From Caulobacterales bacterium (GTDB lineage Bacteria > Pseudomonadota > Alphaproteobacteria > Caulobacterales > Caulobacteraceae), in contig JAFLCS010000005.1 of assembly GCA_017302105.1 (NCBI GenBank), positions 73,574 through 137,573 of the forward strand: DNA of 64,000 bases. The letters are read 5' to 3'. Of this stretch, positions 20,519 to 32,100 are shown piece by piece (position 1 is the first letter of the stretch; each line of letters opens with the position of its first letter). The notes beneath the pieces were generated by a model. That model was not told where the DNA came from. It made no database searches and worked only from the letters and a program-made list of their open reading frames with translations. The position numbers were made by a program, and so were the translations under genes.

Positions 20519-21631
20519 ATGAGCATGAAAACCCGCGCCGCCGTCGCCTTTGAGGCCAAACGCCCGCTGGAGATCGTCGAGGTCGATCTGGAGGGCCCCA
20601 AGGCGTTCGAGGTGCTGATCGAGATCAAGGCGACGGGCATCTGTCACACCGACGCCTATACGCTGGACGGGCTGGATTCAGAGGGCGTCTTCCCCTCGAT
20701 CCTGGGCCATGAGGGCGCGGGCGTGGTGGTCGAGGTGGGGCCGGGCGTGACCTCGCTTGAGGTCGGCGACCATGTGATCCCGCTGTACACGCCCGAATGC
20801 CGCCAGTGTAAATCCTGCCTCAGCCGCAAGACCAATCTGTGCACCGCCATCCGGGCCACCCAGGGCAAGGGTGTTATGCCCGACGGCACCAGCCGCTTCA
20901 GCTACAAAGGCCAGACTATCGCCCACTACATGGGCTGTTCGACCTTCTCCAACTACACCGTCCTGCCCGAGATCGCGGTGGCCAAAATCCGCAAGGACGC
21001 GCCGTTCGACAAGGCCTGTTACATCGGCTGCGGCGTGACCACCGGCGTCGGCGCCGTGACCAATTCGGCCAAGGTCGAGCCGGGGGCCACCTGTGTGGTC
21101 TTCGGCCTGGGCGGCATCGGGCTGAACGTCATCCAGGGGCTGAAGATGGTCGGGGCCGACATGATCGTCGGCGTCGATCTGAACCCGGCCAAGGCCGAAT
21201 GGGGCCAGCGCTTCGGCATGACCCACTTCGTCAATCCGACCGAGCATTCGGACATCGTCGCCCATCTGGTCGAGCTGACCGGCGGCGGGGCCGACTACAC
21301 CTTTGACTGCACCGGCAACACCACCGTCATGCGTCAGGCGCTGGAGGCGTGTCACCGCGGCTGGGGCGAGAGCATCATCATCGGCGTGGCCGAGGCGGGC
21401 AAGGAGATCGCCACTCGCCCGTTCCAGCTGGTCACCGGCCGCGTCTGGAAGGGCTCGGCCTTCGGCGGCGCGCGCGGCCGCACCGACGTGCCGGCCATCG
21501 TCGACTGGTACATGGACGGCAAGATCCAGATCGACCCGATGATCACCCACACCCTGCCGCTGGAGCGAATCAATGAGGCCTTCGACCTGATGCACGCAGG
21601 CGAGAGCATCCGCAGCGTGGTGGTGTTTTAG
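20519..21631 (+). CDS. adhC: S-(hydroxymethyl)glutathione dehydrogenase / class III alcohol dehydrogenase
   Basis: [49 protein letters not shown]. Confidence 0.93.
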   Translation: MSMKTRAAVAFEAKRPLEIVEVDLEGPKAFEVLIEIKATGICHTDAYTLDGLDSEGVFPSILGHEGAGVVVEVGPGVTSLEVGDHVIPLYTPECRQCKSCLSRKTNLCTAIRATQGKGVMPDGTSRFSYKGQTIAHYMGCSTFSNYTVLPEIAVAKIRKDAPFDKACYIGCGVTTGVGAVTNSAKVEPGATCVVFGLGGIGLNVIQGLKMVGADMIVGVDLNPAKAEWGQRFGMTHFVNPTEHSDIVAHLVELTGGGADYTFDCTGNTTVMRQALEACHRGWGESIIIGVAEAGKEIATRPFQLVTGRVWKGSAFGGARGRTDVPAIVDWYMDGKIQIDPMITHTLPLERINEAFDLMHAGESIRSVVVF

Positions 21632-21691
21632 GTTCGTTGCTAAAAACAATGCACCTGCGCTAAGGTCCGGTCGAACGAGGGAGGAGACCGA

Positions 21692-22072
21692 ATGTTCACC
21701 CACATCACCGTCGGGTCCAATGACCCTGAGGCGTCACGCCGGTTCTATGACGCGGCGCTCGGTGCCCTGGGTCTGGAGCCGGCGCAGGGGCCGGACCAGA
21801 AGGGCCGCTTCTGGTGGCGCACGGATCGCGGGGCCTTTGCGGTGGGCAGGCCCATCGACGGCGAGGCCGCCTGCCACGCCAACGGCGGCACCATCGGCTT
21901 TCACGCCAGGACGCCCGAGATGGTCCAGGCCTTCCACGACGCCGGCGTCGCTGCCGGCGGCACGGCCATCGAGGACCCGCCGGGCGAGCGCAATGGCCCC
22001 TTCGGCAAGCTGATCCTGGCTTACTTGCGTGACCCGGACGGCAACAAGGTCTGCGCCCTGCATCGACCATGA
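21692..22072 (+). CDS. VOC/glyoxalase-family protein
   Basis: MFTHITVGSNDPEASRRFYDAALGALGL..., AYLRDPDGNKV. Confidence 0.75.
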   Translation: MFTHITVGSNDPEASRRFYDAALGALGLEPAQGPDQKGRFWWRTDRGAFAVGRPIDGEAACHANGGTIGFHARTPEMVQAFHDAGVAAGGTAIEDPPGERNGPFGKLILAYLRDPDGNKVCALHRP

Positions 22073-22860
22073 TCGATTTCGCCGACGCAGGGTTGACCCT
22101 TCGGGCCCGCACATCCGACGACACCGACCGGGCCGAGCTGGCGGCCGGTACGGTCGCCCTGTTCGACCTGTTCCTGCGCCGCGAACATGAGTTCGGCTTC
22201 AATCCCGACGTGGTGGTCGAATACCCGGATCTGGAGCCGGGGCCAGAGGCGCCGTTTCTGGCCGGCGTGGTCGCCTATGTCGAAGGCCGCATCGCTGAGC
22301 TGGAGGCGAGCGGACCACCGATCGCCCGCGTCGTCATCCTGACCACCTATGGGCCGCTCGTCGGGCCGGCTCTGCAAGGTGCGGGCTGGGACGCTGAACA
22401 CATCGATATGCCGGCCGGGCCGGACGGCACCTGGACCTATCGCAAGGACTTGCGGGCCGAGGGGCGCACTCTCTATATCGAGGCTGTCAATGAGGCGGAC
22501 GAAAAGCTGCGCCCGGACTTCCTGCTGGAGCTGACTGACGACCAGGGCCGGCTGCGCGGCGGGGCCTGGGGCGCGATCCATGACCGGGACGGTGCCCGCT
22601 ACGCCTATATCGCCACCATGACCCTGGATGTCGGCCTCAAGCCCGGCGTCGGCACCCGCCTGGGCGAGGCGCTGCACCAGACCCTGGCCGAGGCGGGCGT
22701 GGTCGCGGCCCATCTGGGCACCCAGACCGCCGGGCCCTTCTATGAGCGGCTGGGCTTTCGCATCACCCATCGGGTCCTGCCGGAGCTGCGGGTCCGCACC
22801 GGCGAGGACGGCGCGCGGGTGACGACGGATCTGGTGATGATGGAGCGGCGGCTGGGCTGA
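22069..22860 (+). CDS. Hypothetical protein with C-terminal GNAT acetyltransferase-like domain
   Basis: The C-terminal VGLKPGVGTRLGEALHQTLAEAGVVAAHLGTQTAGPFYERLGF resembles the GNAT acetyl-CoA site. The N-terminal half is unassigned. ATGA overlap with the VOC gene. Confidence 0.55.
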   Translation: MIDFADAGLTLRARTSDDTDRAELAAGTVALFDLFLRREHEFGFNPDVVVEYPDLEPGPEAPFLAGVVAYVEGRIAELEASGPPIARVVILTTYGPLVGPALQGAGWDAEHIDMPAGPDGTWTYRKDLRAEGRTLYIEAVNEADEKLRPDFLLELTDDQGRLRGGAWGAIHDRDGARYAYIATMTLDVGLKPGVGTRLGEALHQTLAEAGVVAAHLGTQTAGPFYERLGFRITHRVLPELRVRTGEDGARVTTDLVMMERRLG

Positions 22861-22898
22861 CGGTTGACGCGGCCTCGCCCCGGCCCGAGGTAGGGCGG

Positions 22899-23732
22899 AT
22901 GCAAACCCTCAAGACCCACGTCGTTTACGGCGGAACCCTGCGCTATCTGCGCCATGATAGCGAGGTCACGGGCACGCCCATGTCCCTTTCGGTTTTCACG
23001 CCGCCGGGGGACGGGCCGTTCCCCGTGGTGATCTGGCTTTCGGGCCTGACCTGCACCGAGGACAATTTCACCACCAAGGCCGGGGCCTACCGCGCTGCCG
23101 CTGAGCTGGGCCTGATCGTCGTGGCCCCCGACACCTCGCCGCGCGGCGAGGGCGTGGCCGATGATCCGGCCTATGACCTGGGGCAGGGGGCCGGCTTCTA
23201 CGTCGATGCGACCGAGGCACCCTGGGCCTCACACTTTCGTATGGAAAGCTATGTCGTCGATGAGCTGATCCGCTTGATCGACGCCGAGTTTCCCAGCACC
23301 GGCGCCCGCGCGATCTTCGGTCATTCCATGGGCGGGCACGGGGCCCTGACCCTGGCCCTGCGCCATCCGGGCCTGTTCCGATCGGTCTCGGCCTTCGCCC
23401 CGATCTGTTCGCCGACCCGCTGCCCCTGGGGCGAGAAGGCATTCACGGCCTATCTGGGCAACGACCGCTCGACGTGGGCAGAGCATGACGCGGCCCTGCT
23501 GCTGGAAGGCGGTGCGGCGTGGGGCGTCTATGACGACATCCTGATCGACCAGGGCGCTGCCGACCCGTTCCTGAGCGAACAACTCAAGCCCGAGCTGCTG
23601 ACCTCGGCGGCCAGGGCCGCGGGCCAGTCCCTGACCCTTCGGATGCAGCCCGGCTACGATCACAGCTACTTCTTCATGGCCAGTTTCATCGACGACCATC
23701 TGGCCTTCCACGCCGCGCGGCTGAGGATGTGA
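22899..23732 (+). CDS. fghA: S-formylglutathione hydrolase (esterase D)
   Basis: VIWLSGLTCTEDNF, GHSMGGHGAL, DQGAADPFL, GYDHSYFF. Confidence 0.92.
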   Translation: MQTLKTHVVYGGTLRYLRHDSEVTGTPMSLSVFTPPGDGPFPVVIWLSGLTCTEDNFTTKAGAYRAAAELGLIVVAPDTSPRGEGVADDPAYDLGQGAGFYVDATEAPWASHFRMESYVVDELIRLIDAEFPSTGARAIFGHSMGGHGALTLALRHPGLFRSVSAFAPICSPTRCPWGEKAFTAYLGNDRSTWAEHDAALLLEGGAAWGVYDDILIDQGAADPFLSEQLKPELLTSAARAAGQSLTLRMQPGYDHSYFFMASFIDDHLAFHAARLRM

Positions 23733-23971
23733 TGATTCCGTCGAGCCCCGAAAATCAGGAGCGGTTTGCCCCCATGTTCGCGGCCCTGTGCCGCGAGGTC
23801 GGTTTCTGCCTTCACCCCAAAGGCGAAGCCCGGGTCATCGCGGCCCTCGACATCGGACTGGATGCGGCAACCCGGGCCGTTTTCGATGCCGACGGCGCGG
23901 ACTTTGCTGCTTCCACAGGCGACCTGCGGCGAGCCGTACGGGATTGTTTGAAGGCCCATCTTCCCGACTGA
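23729..23971 (+). CDS. Small hypothetical protein
   Basis: 80-aa ORF overlapping the fghA stop (ATGTGATG). No recognisable motif. Confidence 0.4.
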   Translation: MMIPSSPENQERFAPMFAALCREVGFCLHPKGEARVIAALDIGLDAATRAVFDADGADFAASTGDLRRAVRDCLKAHLPD

Positions 23972-24060
23972 TCGGGAACGATTTCGGCGTTTCCGGCTTG
24001 GCTTTAGCGACAGCGCACCTAGATACAGCCTAGCTGAATTCACTAGACAGGAGCCGTTCC

Positions 24061-24672
24061 ATGGCCTTCACCCTTCCCCCGCTGCCCTACGCCTATGACG
24101 CCCTGGAGCCGGCCGTCGACGCCGAGACGATGACCTTCCACCATGACAAGCACCACCAGGCCTATGTCGACAATCTGAACAAGGCGGTCGATGCCGATGC
24201 GGCGCTGGCCGGCAAGTCGCTGGAAGAGATGTTCGCGGGGATGTCCAAGCTGCCCAAGGCCGTGCGTAACAACGGCGGTGGCCACTGGAATCACAGCCTG
24301 TTCTGGGAGCTGATGGCCCCGCACGGCCAGACCGGCGAACCCTCGGCCGAGTTGGCGGCCGCGATCGATCGCGACCTGGGGGGCATGGACAAGTTCATGG
24401 CCGACTTCAACGCTGCCGGGGCCGGCCAGTTCGGCTCGGGCTGGGCCTGGCTGATCGTGCAGGACGGCAAGCTGAAGATCACCTCGACCCCCAACCAGGA
24501 CAATCCCCTGATGGACGTCGCCGATGAGAAGGGCGCTGTGGTCCTGGGTGCCGACGTGTGGGAGCACGCCTATTATCTGAAATACCAGAACCGCCGCGCC
24601 GACTATCTGAAGGCCTTCTGGTCGGTGGTGAACTGGAACAAGGTCAACGCCCTGTTCGCGGCCGCGAGCTAG
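24061..24672 (+). CDS. Fe/Mn-family superoxide dismutase (residues look Mn-type)
   Basis: [38 protein letters not shown]. Confidence 0.95.
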   Translation: MAFTLPPLPYAYDALEPAVDAETMTFHHDKHHQAYVDNLNKAVDADAALAGKSLEEMFAGMSKLPKAVRNNGGGHWNHSLFWELMAPHGQTGEPSAELAAAIDRDLGGMDKFMADFNAAGAGQFGSGWAWLIVQDGKLKITSTPNQDNPLMDVADEKGAVVLGADVWEHAYYLKYQNRRADYLKAFWSVVNWNKVNALFAAAS

Positions 24673-24766
24673 GCCCCAGGCCCGCCGTGACCCGGATGGG
24701 TTGTGGCGGGCTGACACCCTCCGGAATCGGTCCTAGGGTCGCCCGTCTTTCGAGGAGGGCTTTTGC

Positions 24767-25828
24767 ATGATCAGGACTCTGACGTTGGCGGCACTGGTCG
24801 CGGGCCTGGCTTTCCCCGTCGCCGCCCAGGAGGCACCGCGCTGGACGATCGCGATTCACGGCGGGGCCGGCACCATTGAGCGGGGCCAGATGACGCCTGA
24901 GCGCGATGCCGAATATCGCGCGGCCCTGACGGCGGCGGTTGAGGCGGGGGCCGAGGTTCTTCGTAACGGCGGCTCGTCGCTCGATGCCGTCCAGGCGGCC
25001 ATCGAGTTGATGGAAGATGATCCGCTGTTCAATGCGGGGCGAGGGGCCGTCTTTACGGCGGACGGGACCATCGCACTGGACGCTTCGATCATGAACGGCG
25101 AGACGATGGAGGCCGGAGCGGTCGCCAGTGTCTCACGGACCCGCCACCCGATTGCCCTGGCACGGGCGGTGATGGAGCAGTCCGGCCATGTCCTGCTGGC
25201 CGAGGAGGGGGCGGATGCCTTCGCGGCCCATGTCGGTCTGGAGCAGGTCGATCCCAGCTTCTTCTTTACCCAGCGCCGCTGGGACCAGCTGATTGAGGTC
25301 CTCACCGCGCGGGGGCTTACCTTGCCAGAATGGCCCACAGGCGTGCCGCAGGCGGTGAGTGCCGTACGTGATCCTGACGACCACCAGTTCGGGACGGTCG
25401 GCGTCGTTGCGGTCGATAGTCAGGGTCATATCGCGGCAGGAACCTCCACCGGCGGCACGACTGCCAAACAGTGGGGTCGAGTCGGGGACACGCCGATCAT
25501 CGGGGCGGGCAACTGGGCCGGACATGGCTGTGCCGTATCGGGTACCGGCACGGGCGAGTATTTCATTCGTCTGACCGTGGCGCGCGATGTCTGCGCCATG
25601 GTTCAGTACACAGACGTTCCGATTCAGCAGGCCGCCGACACGGTGGTGTCCGATCTGGCGGCCCTGCGTGAAGGGTCAGGCGGGGTCATCGCCCTGACGG
25701 CGGACGGCTCGGTCGCCTTTTCGATGAACACCTCGGGGATGTACCGAGGATGGGCCAATCAGGACACGGCTCCCCAGGTCGCCATCTATGCTGACGAGGT
25801 TCTCGTCACCCCGGCGCGGGCCCCTTAG
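24767..25828 (+). CDS. Isoaspartyl peptidase / L-asparaginase (Ntn hydrolase), secreted
   Basis: Signal peptide; IAIHGGAG, PLFNAGRGAVFT, GTVGVVAVD (autocleavage Thr) and GTSTGG. Confidence 0.88.
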   Translation: MIRTLTLAALVAGLAFPVAAQEAPRWTIAIHGGAGTIERGQMTPERDAEYRAALTAAVEAGAEVLRNGGSSLDAVQAAIELMEDDPLFNAGRGAVFTADGTIALDASIMNGETMEAGAVASVSRTRHPIALARAVMEQSGHVLLAEEGADAFAAHVGLEQVDPSFFFTQRRWDQLIEVLTARGLTLPEWPTGVPQAVSAVRDPDDHQFGTVGVVAVDSQGHIAAGTSTGGTTAKQWGRVGDTPIIGAGNWAGHGCAVSGTGTGEYFIRLTVARDVCAMVQYTDVPIQQAADTVVSDLAALREGSGGVIALTADGSVAFSMNTSGMYRGWANQDTAPQVAIYADEVLVTPARAP

Positions 25829-25892
25829 CGACAAATAAACCGAGACCCAGCGGTTGACACCGCCCGGCGCCAGCCATACCTCCCGCTCGCGA

Positions 25893-25919
25893 TTGGCACT
25901 CAAGGTCTGCGACTGCTAG
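25893..25919. promoter_or_regulatory. CIRCE (HrcA operator) upstream of groES
   Basis: TTGGCACTC-N9-GACTGCTAG, against the consensus TTAGCACTC-N9-GAGTGCTAA. Confidence 0.6.
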
Positions 25920-25967
25920 CAGGCGCGCCGGGGTGTCGTGAATTTGTCCATCAGGGAGAATGACAAT

Positions 25968-26255
25968 ATGGCGTTTCGTCCGCTCGGCGACCGCGTCCTG
26001 GTCAAGCGCGTCCAGGAAGAAGAGAAGACCAAGGGTGGGATCATCATCCCCGACAATGCCAAGGAAAAGCCCCAGGAGGGTGAGGTCGTGGCCGTTGGCC
26101 CCGGTGCCCGTGACGAAGACGGTGACTTCATCAAGATGGAGCTGAGCGTCGGCGATCGTATCCTGTTCGGCAAGTGGTCGGGCTCGGAGGTCAAGATCGA
26201 CGGTGATGACCTCATCATCATGAAGGAATCCGACGTTCTGGGCGTGCTGTCCTAG
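25968..26255 (+). CDS. groES: Co-chaperonin GroES
   Basis: [53 protein letters not shown] ribosome-binding site. Confidence 0.96.
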   Translation: MAFRPLGDRVLVKRVQEEEKTKGGIIIPDNAKEKPQEGEVVAVGPGARDEDGDFIKMELSVGDRILFGKWSGSEVKIDGDDLIIMKESDVLGVLS

Positions 26256-26294
26256 GCACCCGGCGTCCGAAGCCTTCCTTCCCAACAATTCTGA

Positions 26295-27959
<1,665 letters not shown>

Positions 27960-27993
27960 GCGAAGTCCAACGCTTCAACGCCAGACCTGTTGG

Positions 27994-28024
27994 AACCCCC
28001 GGTCGCCTGCGGCCGGGGGTTTTC
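27994..28024. terminator. Rho-independent terminator after groEL
   Basis: CCCCCGG(27996-28002)...CCGGGGG(28013-28019) followed by TTTT. It lies between convergent genes. Confidence 0.75.
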
Positions 28025-28074
28025 CTTTGCTCGAGATGACGGTCAATGCGAGCGGGCGACGCCTGCACCCAAGT

Positions 28075-28620
28075 TCAATCGACCGGGCATCCGTCCGGCC
28101 CGCAGGCGCTGTCCGGTGCCGACGGCGGAGTTGCCGGGGGCGAGACGGTCTCACCGACCAGAGCCATGATCTCGGCCCCGAGCTGGAGGTCGGGAATGTG
28201 GCCGAAGGACTGCCGGCGCAGGCCCCCATCGCGATCGATCAGCAGCAAGGTCGGGGTCCCGCGCATGGCGTAGCGGGCCATGGTGACCGGGATTGGATCA
28301 CCGCCGCTCGAAGCCCGGTCGACGCCGACGGGAAAGCTCAGTCGATATTCATGGATGAAGGCGGCCAGGGACGTCGGTGCCATCGCCTCATGGTGCTCGA
28401 ACACCGTGTGCAGGCCGATCACGGCGACCTGATCCTCGGCGAACAGCTCGCGGACATGGCGAAGTTGCGGGATGGTTCGTTCGACGCAGCCGGGGCACAG
28501 CATCTGAAAGGCGGCGGCCACTACGACCTGCCCGCGCAAATCCGCCAGGGTGAGGTCGCCGTCGTGGTTGAACCAACGGACGATGTCCCAGTCAGGCGCA
28601 AGGGGCGGAGCAGCGACCAT
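28075..28620 (-). CDS. Thioredoxin-fold redoxin (TlpA/AhpC-TSA-like)
   Basis: CPGC active-site motif within VVAAAFQMLCPGCV, and GTPTLLLIDRDG. Start taken at the ATG at 28620. Confidence 0.7.
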   Translation of the reverse strand: MVAAPPLAPDWDIVRWFNHDGDLTLADLRGQVVVAAAFQMLCPGCVERTIPQLRHVRELFAEDQVAVIGLHTVFEHHEAMAPTSLAAFIHEYRLSFPVGVDRASSGGDPIPVTMARYAMRGTPTLLLIDRDGGLRRQSFGHIPDLQLGAEIMALVGETVSPPATPPSAPDSACGPDGCPVD

Positions 28621-28740
28621 GCCACGACAGTGCGCTCCAGCCAGAGGGACGGTCAAGGCAGGGAGGTGGCCGGCCCTACGGGCCATCCTTGACTCTTCTA
28701 AAGGAAGAGTTCACCGTAGAGATGCAGGTGGAGGTTGTGA

Positions 28741-29100
28741 ATGAGGTGCGTATATTTCAGTCTTGCCCTGGCAACAGCTGTACCTGCGGTGATGGCGGCG
28801 AATGCGGCGTCTGCGCAAGAAACGATTGAATATACCTACGATATTCACGGTAGGCTTGTTCAAATGGATCATTCGGGATCTGTGAACGCCGGCCGCCAGA
28901 CCACCTACGACTATGACCTTGCCCACAACCGGACTGCGCTCTGGCGCGGAATACCGGTGGCGTGGTTTGAGGATGACCTCGGGGGAGACGGGCATGAGCT
29001 GGTTAAGGTCGCTGTTAATCGCATTCGTCCTGACCCTAGGACTGACGACCCCGGCCCTGGCCCAGCAGCCGATTCCGCCGACCCACTACTCGACCGATGA
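28741..29100 (+). CDS. Small secreted protein with a single YD-type repeat; its 3' end overlaps the rhs start
   Basis: Signal peptide MRCVYFSLALATAVPAVMAANAASA|QE, then IEYTYDIHGRLVQMD...TTYDYDLAHNRT. The first ~130 nt are low-GC. The last 107 nt overlap rhs in another frame, so the true 3' end is uncertain. Confidence 0.45.
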   Translation: MRCVYFSLALATAVPAVMAANAASAQETIEYTYDIHGRLVQMDHSGSVNAGRQTTYDYDLAHNRTALWRGIPVAWFEDDLGGDGHELVKVAVNRIRPDPRTDDPGPGPAADSADPLLDR

Positions 29101-32100
29101 ACGCGGCGTTGATCTGACCAACGGGGGCTATTTTCCGTTTGTCACGGAGGTCGTCATTGGCCAGCCTGGGGCGGGTGGTTTGGTCTATGGGCGATCTCAT
29201 ATCGGCACGGCATGGCGGGATTATCTCGTCGGTACGATCAATATCGAACCCGGTGTTTTTCTTGGAACCTACACCGTCAGCGTCGGCCCCTATTCCGATG
29301 CTTTCTACGGAAGGGGTGATCCCAGCAACCCGACCTTTTACCCTAACATCATGAATGGCAGCAGCCTGAGCTGGAATTCGAGTGCCGACGTCTACACCTA
29401 TACAAGTTCGACGGGGGTGGTGGCTCTGTTCAGCGGGGCGCTGGCGGATAGGGCGACGCCCTATACGGCTAACGGCGCATTGGTTACTAGCATTACTTCA
29501 CCTGACGGGGAGGTGCTGACATACAGCTACGTCACCGCCGATCTGTGCGCCAACGCAGCCTGCTCTTCCACGACGCCGGCGGCCCGTTTGCAATCCGTGA
29601 CCAACACACTCGGCTACCAAATCAAATACGACTACAATTCCGAAAGCACGGTATTCGCGCAACGGTCTAGGTGGATGTCGGTCGCTCGCGTTACCGGACT
29701 GAATCGCGGCGTGGATTACTGCGCCGATACCGCCCCATCGTGCACCTACACCGAAACCTGGCCGTCGATCAGCTACCCCGAGGATACAGATCCGCTGTCG
29801 TCCACGACGGTCGACGAGATGAACCGAACCACGCTCTACCGCAACAACGCGGCAGGGCGCATTACGGGTATTCGGCTACCGGGAAGTGCGAGCGACAATG
29901 TGACCATCGCCTACGGCTCCGATGGAATGGTCGATTCGGTGACGAGCGCGGGCGGGACCTGGACCTATGATTTCACGTCCGCTGGTAGCGATATGGTGGC
30001 TGAGGTCGATGGGCCGAATGGGCAAGGGCTCCGAACTCTCTCCGAGAACGGCATGGTCCAGAGTTACTATGATGTGAACAATAATCTTACCGTTGTACTC
30101 TGGTGGGCACCTGGTCAGCCTTGGCGCATCGACTATCCAACAGGCGACAGCGTGCAGTATACCTATGATGGGCGCGGAAATGTGACGGAGGTCCGTCAGA
30201 TCCCTGCTTCGGGTTCGGGGCTGGCCGACATTGTGACCACCGCGACCTATGCCGCCTCCTGCACAAATCCAGTCATATGCAACTTGCCAACCCAGACGAC
30301 CGACGCGCGTGGTCAGGTCACTGACTATGTGTGGAATGCGACCCACGGTGGTCTGGTCTCGGTGACCCGGCCGCCGCTCTTGACCGGCACGGACCGCCCT
30401 CAAACGCGTATCACCTATGGCCAAGTATACGCCTGGTACCGCAACAGCGCCGGCACGATCGTTCAGGCACCGACCCCGATCTGGCGACCGACGGCGACAT
30501 CCGCCTGCCAGTCGGGTACCACCCCCGGATGCGTCGGTACAGTCGCCGAACAGGTGGCGGCAGTCACCTATGGTTCGACCGGCGTGATGAACAATCTGCT
30601 GCCGACCATCACGACTGCGCGTAATGGCGATGCCTCCATCGTGGCAACAACGACCATGACCTACACCCACAACGGCGATGTGGCGACGGTGGATGGCCCG
30701 TTGTCCGGCACGGCGGACCAGACCCGTTTCCTATACAACGCCAATCGCGAACTGACCGGTGCCATCGGTCCCGACCCCGACGGGAGCGGTTCGTTGCTGC
30801 ACCGCGCCCAGCGGATCACCCGCAATGCCTTGGGCCTGCCGACCCTGATCGAGGCCGGCACGACGACCGGCTATACCGATCCGAACTGGGCGGCCTTCAG
30901 CCCGTTGCAACAGACTGCGGTCACCTATGACACTTTCGGGCGGCCTTTGACCCAGCGTTTGCAAGCTGGATCGACGACCTATTCCCTGTCGCAGGTCAGC
31001 TATGACGCCTCGGGCCGACCCGATTGCACGGCGGTGCGGATGAATCCGTCGAGCTTCGCCTCGCCGCCGACCTCGGCCTGTACGGCGGCCACGGCGGGAT
31101 CCTTTGGCCCTGACCGGATCAGCCGCGCGACCTATGACACCATGAGCCGGGTGGCCTCGGTGACCTCGGGCTATGGGGTGACGGGTGCGATCACGAACAG
31201 CCTGACCTATTCGGTCGGTAGCCAGGTTCAGTCGATGACCGACGGCGAGGGGAATGTGACGACCTGGACCTATGACGGCTTCCAGCGTCCGCGCCGGATG
31301 TATTTTCCCAATGCCTCGGGCACCGGCACCTCAACCACCGACTATGAGGAGCTGACCTATGACGCCTATGGTCAGGTCACCTCGACGCGCGCCCGCGACG
31401 GGCAGGTGACCAGCTTCAGCTACAATGGGATTGGGCTGGCATCGGCGATCAACTTTCCGGGGTCGGAGCTGGATCAGCAATTTGGCTATAATCTCTTTGG
31501 CCAGCCGACCAGCCTGGTGACGGTCGGCACGGGCGGTCAGACCCTGACGCGGGCCTACGATGCCCTAGGGCGGATGACGGGCGAGACTGGCCCGCTGGGC
31601 ACGGTGGCCTATCAATGGGATGCCGCCGGGCGCAATACCCGCATCACCTGGCCGGACGCCTACTATGCCCAATATGCGTACGACCTGACCGGTGCGATGA
31701 TGGAGGTCCGCGAGAATGGTGCAACTTCGGGGGCGGGTCTGTTGGCGGTCTATGGCTATGACAACCTGGGCCGGCGCACCTCGGTGCGTCGCCGGGGCGA
31801 GAGCCTGGCCAATGCGTCGAGCACCTATGGTTGGGACGGGGCCTCTCGGCTGATCAGCCTGGGGGTCAATCTGTCGGGAACGAGCCAGGATACGACCTGG
31901 ACGCTGGACTATAGCCCGGCCGGCCAGGTGGTCGAGCGGTCGCTGAGCAACACCCTGTACGCATACACCGCCGAGCCGACCTTGTCGGACGCCTATACCA
32001 ACAACGGCCTGAACCAGGTGACGGCGGTGGACAGCACGTCGGTGGGCTATGACGGGCGTGGCAACATCACCGGGGACGGCACCTCGACCTGGAACTATGA

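Noticed and set aside
19955-20520. Inverted repeats (CCCGGGTT-type) flanking the GIY-YIG gene, as a possible miniature mobile element
   Set aside because: The matching arms are short and imperfect and could be ordinary GC-rich hairpins. There are no target-site duplications.
28741-29100. Programmed frameshift fusing the small upstream YD ORF to rhs
   Set aside because: Both ORFs have their own complete signal peptides, and rhs has its own strong ribosome-binding site and ATG. A fusion would therefore place a second signal peptide internally.
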